Of a DNA stretch of 64,000 nucleotides, positions 58,501-64,000 are shown one piece after another. Source of the DNA: Eledone cirrhosa (taxonomy: Eukaryota); assembly GCA_964016885.1 (NCBI GenBank), contig OZ024746.1:52328001-52392000 (forward strand), read 5' to 3'. Under the pieces are notes generated by a model. That model was not told the DNA's origin, searched no databases, and saw only the letters and a list, made by a program, of their open reading frames with translations. How positions within the stretch are numbered: the first letter of the stretch is position 1; each line of letters begins with the position of its first letter. Position numbers and translations under genes: made by a program.

Positions 58501-60828
58501 ATGGAGTAGTGTATGGTATAGAATGGTGTATATAGGTGTGTGTTGTATGGTATAGTATGGTGTATATAGGTGTGTCTTGTATGGTATGGAATTCTATGTA
58601 TTGGGTATGTTATACTTTGAATAGAGTAGTGTATGGTATAGAATGGTGTATATAGGTGTGTGTTGTATGGTATGGAATTCTATGTATTAGGTATGTTATA
58701 CTGAGTATGGAGTAGTGTATGGTATAGATTGGTGTATATAGGTGTGTGTTGTATGGTATGGACTTCTATGTATTGGGTATGTTATGCTTAGTGTGGTGTA
58801 GTGTATGGTATAGAATGGTGTATATAGGTGTGTGTTGTGTCGTATGGAATTCTATCTATTGGGTATGTTATACTTAGTATGGAGTAGTGTATGGTATAGA
58901 ATGGTGTATATAGGTGTGTCTTGTATGGTATGGAATTCTATGTATTGGGTATGTTATACTTTGAATAGAGTAGTGTATGGTATAGAATGGTATATATAGA
59001 TGTGTGTTGTATGGTATGGAATTCTATGTATTGGGTATGTTATATTTAGTATGGAGTAGTGTATGGTATAGTATGGTGTATATAGGTGTGTGTTGTATGG
59101 TAAGGAATTTTATGTATTGGGTATGTTATACTTAGTATGGAGTAGTGTATGGCATAGACTGGTGTATATAGGTGTGTGTTGTATGGTATGGAATTCTATG
59201 TATTGGGTATGTTATACTTTGTATGGAGTAGTGTATGTTATAGAATGGTTTATATAGGTGTGTGTTGTATTGTATCGAATTCTATGTATTGGGTATGTTA
59301 TACTTTGTATGGAGTAGTGTATGGTATAGAATGGTGTATATAGGTGTGTGTTGTATGGTATGGAATTCTATGTATTGGGTATGTCTTACTTAGTATAGAG
59401 TAGTGTATGGTATAGAATGGTGTATATAGGTGTGTGTTGTATGGTATGGAATTCTATGTATTGGGTATGTTATACTGAGTATGGAGTAGTGTATGGTATA
59501 GAATGGTGTATATAGGTGTGTGTTGTATGGTATGGAATTCTATGTATTGGGTATGTTATATTTTGTATGGTATAGAATGGTGTATATAGGTGTGTGTTGT
59601 ATGGTATGGAATTCTATGTATTATTATGTTATACTGAGTATGGAGTAGTGTATGGTATAGAATGCTGTATATAGGTGTGTGTCGTATGGTATGGAATTCT
59701 ATGTATTAGGTATGTTATACTGAGTATGGAGTAGTGTATGGTATAGAATGGTGTATATAGGTGTGTGTTGTATGGTATGGAATGCTATGTATTGGGTATG
59801 TTATACTTTGTATGGAGTAGTGTATGGTATAGAATGGTGTATATAGGTGTGTGTTGTATGGTATGGAATTCTATGTATTGGGTATGTTATACTTAGTATG
59901 GAGTAGTGTATGGTATAGAATGGTGTATATAGGTGTGTGTTGTATGGTATGGAATTATATGTATTGGTTATGTTATACTTAGTATGGAGTAGTGTATGGA
60001 GTAGTATGGTGTATATAGGTGTGTGTTGTATGGTATGGAATTCTATGTATTGGGTATGTCATACTTAGTATGGAGTAGTGTATGGTATAGTATGGTGTAT
60101 ATAGGTGTGTCTTGTATGGTAAGGAATTCTATGTATTGGTTATGTTATACTTTGAATAGAGTAGTGTATAGTATAGAATGGTGTATATAGGTGTGTGTTG
60201 TATGGTATTGAATTGTATGTATTGGGTATGTTATACTTAATATGGAGTAGTGTATGGTATAGAATGGTGTATATAGGTGTGTGTTGTATGCTATGGAATT
60301 CTATGTATTGGGTATGTTATACTTAGTATGGAGTAGTGTATGGTATAGAATGGTGTATATAGGTGTGTGTTCTATGGTATGGAATTCTGTGTATTGTGTA
60401 TGTTATACTTTGTATGGAGCAGTGTATGGTATAGGATGGTGTATATAGGTGTGTCTTGTATGGTATGGAATTCTATGTATTGGGTATGTTTTACTTAGTA
60501 TGGAGTAGTGTATGGCATAGAATGGTGTATATAGGTGTGTGTTGTATGGTATGGAATTCTATGTATGTGTGTAAACACTCAGTGATGTTCAATAGTGCTA
60601 AGTTTAATATTCTGATCGCAGACTTGGTAAGAGTGATGAAGAATGTATCCCGCGAGAATGTGCGATCCAACTGAACTGGAAAGACACCTACAACACTTCA
60701 TCAATCACATGCAGTTTTTTGGCTAGAACCAAATTGACAGAATCAGGATGTAAAAGGAGCCACAGAGAAATATAAGACCCTCATAGAGATCGACATGAAA
60801 GGGATTTGCCCATTGTATAGGAATAAGG

Positions 60829-61074
60829 CAGGCATGTCAAACTGACGTTCCCCCGAGGGCCACATGGTTCACATATGTGTTGTCTGAGGGCCGCGCAAAG
60901 CAACTAATTGCGCACATTACAACTATTTTTTAAACATTTATATTACGAAGAGAAAAAATGCTAAACAAATTACGAAGATAAAAAATGCTCGCGCTGTAAA
61001 AATCTTTGTGCGGGCCGCAGGTGTGCTTGTAAAAGGCGGCATGCGACCCATGGACCGCATATTTCACATGCCTG
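60829..61074. mobile_element. 246-bp non-autonomous DNA transposon (MITE), hAT/Charlie-like
   Basis: Terminal inverted repeats CAGGCATGTCAAA (60829) and TTTCACATGCCTG (ending 61074), 12/13 match. Subterminal GGGCC(A/G)C motifs at both ends, AT-rich centre and no ORF. Size and layout resemble MER30-type Charlie derivatives. No intact 8-bp target-site duplication. Confidence 0.8.
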
Positions 61075-61152
61075 TTGTATGATATAGAATTCTATGTGTG
61101 TGTGTTTGTCGTAGTACGGAAATATATGTATATATGTGTGGTGTGTGGTATG
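61075..61152 (+). repeat. Orphan degenerate copy of the 86-bp satellite monomer
   Basis: TTGTATGATATAGAATTCTATGT matches consensus 21/23. The following GTGTGTGTTTGTCGTAGTACGGA matches GGGTATGTTATACTTAGTATGGA 16/23. TGTATATATGTGTGGTGTGTGGTATG resembles the monomer end. Confidence 0.7.
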
Positions 61153-61227
61153 TAGTATGTGGTATGTGTACTCTCTTGGGGTGAGAGGAGGGCTTAGTGT
61201 TGTTCTTCATTGACTATCTGCAGCTGC

Positions 61228-61470
61228 TACCACTATAACAACATCAGCAACAACAACAACAACAACAACAACATCATCATCAACCGTAACACCAGCAATA
61301 ACAACAGCAACATTAAAAATAGCATCACCAAGAACAACATTAAAAGGAAAACGAGCAAGAATAACAATACTAACAACGACACCAACATCTGAAGCAACAG
61401 CATTAACAATAAACTGCAAAAAGAACTGTAACAATAACAGCAACAATAACAGCAACAACTACACCAGCAC
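61228..61470. repeat. Degenerate (CAA)n trinucleotide low-complexity tract
   Basis: Pure CAA run at ~61248-61272 embedded in CAG/CAT/TAA/CAC variants. Confidence 0.92.
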
Positions 61471-61542
61471 GGCATGCATACATACCTAATGTAGAAGGTT
61501 GAACACAGATACACTTCCACATATATACCTGGATACTAAGAC

Positions 61543-61621
61543 TCATATACATTATATGCACACACAATCATGCATACACACCTATACAAGCATATATATA
61601 TATTTACAAATATATACATAT

Positions 61622-61624
<3 letters not shown>
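61543..61624. repeat. CA/TA-rich low-complexity tract
   Basis: Interrupted (CA)n/(TA)n sequence such as CACACA, CATACACAC and CATATATATATAT. Confidence 0.7.

Positions 61625-61672
<48 letters not shown>
61625..61672. repeat. (GATA)12 microsatellite abutting the retrotransposon 3' end
   Basis: Twelve perfect GATA units counted directly. Confidence 0.97.
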
Positions 61673-61678
61673 TATTTC

Positions 61679-61684
61679 TTTATT
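61679..61684 (-). promoter_or_regulatory. Polyadenylation signal AATAAA of the retrotransposon
   Basis: The minus strand reads GTGCCCTAGTGGCA-AATAAA-GAAATA-(TATC)n, at the expected position for an L1-clade 3' end. Confidence 0.7.
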
Positions 61685-61781
61685 TGCCACTAGGGCACAT
61701 AAACACGAGTAAAGAAAAAGGCATAATAATAAGAATAATATAATAATAAAAGTCCTCAAAAGGGAGGGGGCGTGTTGGGGA

Positions 61782-61817
61782 TTGCACATATCCCCGAAAA
61801 GTGTGCAACCCTTTTCG
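61782..61817 (-). other. Candidate H-type RNA pseudoknot in the retrotransposon 3' UTR
   Basis: Transcript sense CGAAAAG-GG-UUGCACA-CUUUUCG-GGGAUA-UGUGCAA gives two interleaved perfect 7-bp stems. Confidence 0.55.
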
Positions 61818-61868
61818 CGGGGGAAGCCCAGAGAGGAGGCGCTCCCCCTTTCCTCTTCACTTCTTCAC

Positions 61869-63999
61869 CTACAGAACAATGTAGAGAGAAGGCCCATTTA
61901 CACGAGCCATTCTCGCTTCTTTCACCCACCTTTCATAAAACTGTCTGGGGCCAACCACTTCTCTCTCCATCATGATCCTTCTTCCGAAGTGGTATCGGAA
62001 GAAGTAAACCAGGTGTTGGCTAGAGAGAAAGTCACCCGACCTCAGATCTTTCAGGCACGTCCACAACAACCTCTTTCATCATGGCTATTACGCACAGAAA
62101 GACCGCCTCTGCTTCATTTCTGAAGGGAGGAGGCGGCTTGATGTTCACCACAGACTCGGCGGCCAATCGAATCGGCGCCACACGCGACAGCAGTCGTTCG
62201 ACGTAGCCCCACAGATCGGCAACGCCCAGGCAGTGTACTAGTGCGGGCGCAACGGTTTCCTCGTCGCGCACGCATCTGGGACAGATCTTTTTCGCGGGAT
62301 CCCTGCCCGGGCGCCCGTGTCTGTAGAGATTTTCTCGAACGGGCAGAGCCCCCCGGTAGCACTGCCAGGCTAGGGACCTCTGGAAGTTGTCCATGGGTCC
62401 CGGGCCGAAAGTTCTACCGAACCGGCTGGCCAGTTCGTCCTCCTCCATGCCTAGCGACTCTCCAAGGGTGTCGTCGCCCCTGCTAGCCACCAGCCCTTTA
62501 TAGAATGTCGAGGTGGATTCTCCACCGATAGTCGGGTCCGCTTGCCAGATAGCCGTGAGCGCCTGGGTACACTCGGTGTGCCAGTTGCCCAGTTTTCTCG
62601 GTCTTTGTTTCACCCAGGATTTCAGCTCAGTGAGCGAGACGAGCTGTGGGAAGGCTCGCCTCACAAACGGGGCCCACATCGGCTGACCGGTGAGGAATAC
62701 CTGTAGATGCCGTAGCCGCAATGCGTGCCTACGCATCAACAGCCACGGCATACCCAGCCCTCCTTTCGAAGGGTGCTGGCAGCAGATGGATCTCCTCACC
62801 ATGGGAGGCCGCTTCTTCCAGAGGAACTGGAAGAGCATGCACTCCATGATGGTGAGCGTTTCCTTGGGGCAAGGCACGACGGTCAGGTGGTAGTAGATGA
62901 CGGACGCTATGTAAGCGTTCGTCACCTCCGCCCGACCTTTCAGTGATAGTTTGCACTTGGCCCACTTCTGGGTCAGCGCAAACACCCTGCTCGTCACCTC
63001 GCCCCAATTCTTCTCCGACTGGAGGTCCGGTCCGAACCAGACCCCGAGCAGCTTCACCGGGCCCTCCGTCCACCGACCGACGACACCGTCTAACGGCATC
63101 GGTTTTCCCCTCCACGTTCCGAGTTGCAAACCGACTGACCGGTTCAGCCTGGCCCCCGTCAGCCTTTCGTATTCCTCCAGTAGGGTCGCGATCGCCCCGA
63201 TTTCCGAGGCGTCCGCCACCATTACTGTTACGTCGTCGGCATAGGCCGAGACCGCTTTGTGCAATCCCGGTTCCAGGGGTATGCCCCGCAGCAACTCCAG
63301 CTTCTGCAGCAGTGGCTCGAGAGCCAATACGTACAGAAGGGAGGAGAGGGGGCACCCCTGCCTGATGGACTGGGCGATTTGAAACGGCTCCGAGAGGTAG
63401 CCGTTTATTTTAACCCTAGAGCAGACGTTGCCACTGTGCATGGCAGAAATCCAGCCCCTAAAAACGGGTCCGAAGCCCGCCGCCGCTAGCACCGCATCCA
63501 GGTAACCATGGTCGACCCTATCGAACGCCTTAGATTGATCCAAGTTGATCAGGGCCCCACCAAAGCCGGGTTCGTTGCCAACCCTCTCTACGATGTATCG
63601 CATGAGGTGGAGGTTGTCGTGAATGGACCTGGACGGGATAGCGCATGTCTGCGCGTCTCCCACCAAACCACCCACCACAAGCGCCAACCTCTTCGCCAAC
63701 ACCTTGGCCAAAATCTGTAACTCTGCATTTAGCAGAGTTATGGGCCTAAAGTTACTTAAGTCGTCCCCTTTGCTCTCGTCCTTCCTCACTAGCGTGACTA
63801 CGCCCTTGGTCACAGAACAGGGAATTCTCCCGTTCTGTTGCCAGTTGCAATAGACAGCCTCGAGGAGTTCGAAGAACAAGACCGGCATAGCTAAATAAAG
63901 TTCGTATGGTAGACCATTGAGACCCGGAAATTTGCGTCTGCTGCATTGGCTGAGCGCTTCACCGATTTCAGTAGCTGTGATTGGCCTTTCGCAGCACTC
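61869..63999 (-). pseudogene. Tx1-like ORF2 (reverse transcriptase plus C-terminal zf-RVT region), 5'-incomplete, probable frameshift at ~62062-62070
   Basis: The frame is open from the window end (ECCERPITATEIGEALSQCSRRKFPGLNGLPYELYLAMP...). Motifs: FRPITLLN, LDQSKAFDRVDH, RQGCPLS, YADD (63232-63243), KLLGVWF, LSLKGR, GGLG, W..YRGALPV, CPRC-x8-P-x4-C. The main frame stops at 62032. The overlapping frame 61869-62069 (WTCLK...FYERW...) reads like the authentic C-terminus. Confidence 0.9.
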
Positions 64000-64000
64000 C

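Larger units (their letters stand above)
1..60566. repeat. 86-bp tandem satellite DNA array (~700 monomers), continuing beyond the left window edge
   Basis: Consensus read by eye: GTATGGTATGGAATTCTATGTATTGGGTATGTTATACTTAGTATGGAGTAGTGTATGGTATAGAATGGTGTATATAGGTGTGTGTT (86 bp: 27 G, 36 T, 21 A, 2 C). One orientation throughout. Length variants of 81, 84 and 85 bp recur. The consensus match stops at ...GAATTCTATGTAT (60566). Confidence 0.99.
61673..64000 (-). mobile_element. L1/Tx1-clade non-LTR retrotransposon, 3' portion (5' part outside the window)
   Basis: Minus-strand RT ORF followed by a ~190-nt 3' UTR, AATAAA, then a simple repeat. GC- and CpG-rich compared with its surroundings. Confidence 0.92.

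Noticed and set aside
1-60566. CRISPR array or other repeat-spacer system
   Set aside because: There are no unique spacers; the whole unit repeats with point variants. No cas genes are present and the context is eukaryotic.
1-60566. Telomeric repeat, suggested by the G/T-rich strand
   Set aside because: No TTAGGG/TTAGG tandem run, and the unit is 86 bp with HORs. The G-rich strand runs toward the flanking unique DNA, opposite to telomere polarity if the chromosome end lay to the left.
1-60674. About 70 short plus-strand ORFs rich in M/V/W/Y/G/C (MLYGMEFYVLGMLYLVWSSVWYRMVYIGVCC...) that look like a membrane or cysteine-rich peptide family
   Set aside because: They are translations of the satellite. 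86 is not a multiple of 3, stops recur in the consensus, and ORFs appear only where chance variants remove a stop. They were used only as duplication markers.
61207-61520. Poly-Asn, poly-Leu and poly-Val ORFs on both strands
   Set aside because: Products of the degenerate (CAA)n tract, with no splice or domain evidence.
61604-61789. 61-aa minus-strand ORF ending in IYLSIYLS repeats
   Set aside because: Read-through of the retrotransposon 3' UTR into the (TATC)n microsatellite.
61690-61868. Self-cleaving ribozyme (HDV-like or hammerhead) in the structured UTR
   Set aside because: No hammerhead CUGANGA/GAAA core or HDV nested double pseudoknot could be assembled by eye, and LINE ribozymes are normally 5'-terminal.
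62032-63888. RT as part of a retron, DGR, group II intron, telomerase or a satellite-synthesising system
   Set aside because: The motifs (PG.DG-type region 0, GGLG, zf-RVT, AATAAA 3' end) are typical of L1/Tx1. I saw no sequence shared between the element and the satellite, so adjacency alone is not evidence of a functional link.
61772-63946. Multiple antisense and alternate-frame ORFs (including the 208-aa and 140-aa ones) overlapping the RT
   Set aside because: Expected shadow ORFs of GC-rich coding DNA with no recognisable motifs. Only 61869-62069 is retained, as the frameshifted ORF2 C-terminus.

Overview
Eukaryotic, gene-free window. Bases 1-60566 are the end of a head-to-tail 86-bp satellite array (~700 monomers, extreme G/T-rich strand bias, an EcoRI site in most monomers). 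The array is layered: near-identical higher-order repeats (HORs) and multi-kb duplications inside (periods ~4.1-4.45 kb, 17,220, 3,347, 3,433 and ~9.5-9.8 kb), shorter duplications (772, 2,402, 344 bp) further out, and a diverged rim. The last 3.4 kb hold ~260 bp of unassigned sequence, a 246-bp hAT/Charlie-like MITE, an orphan degenerate satellite monomer, (CAA)n and (GATA)12 simple repeats, and the 3' part of a decayed L1/Tx1-clade retrotransposon on the minus strand that runs off the window. Its 3' UTR contains a clean candidate H-type pseudoknot. All short ORFs in the satellite are spurious. I see no evidence for a new protein-coding system; the best leads are the HOR architecture, the 3' UTR pseudoknot and the Tx1/(GATA)n junction. 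From memory only, the Tx1 protein resembles cephalopod (Octopus) elements; this was not verified.
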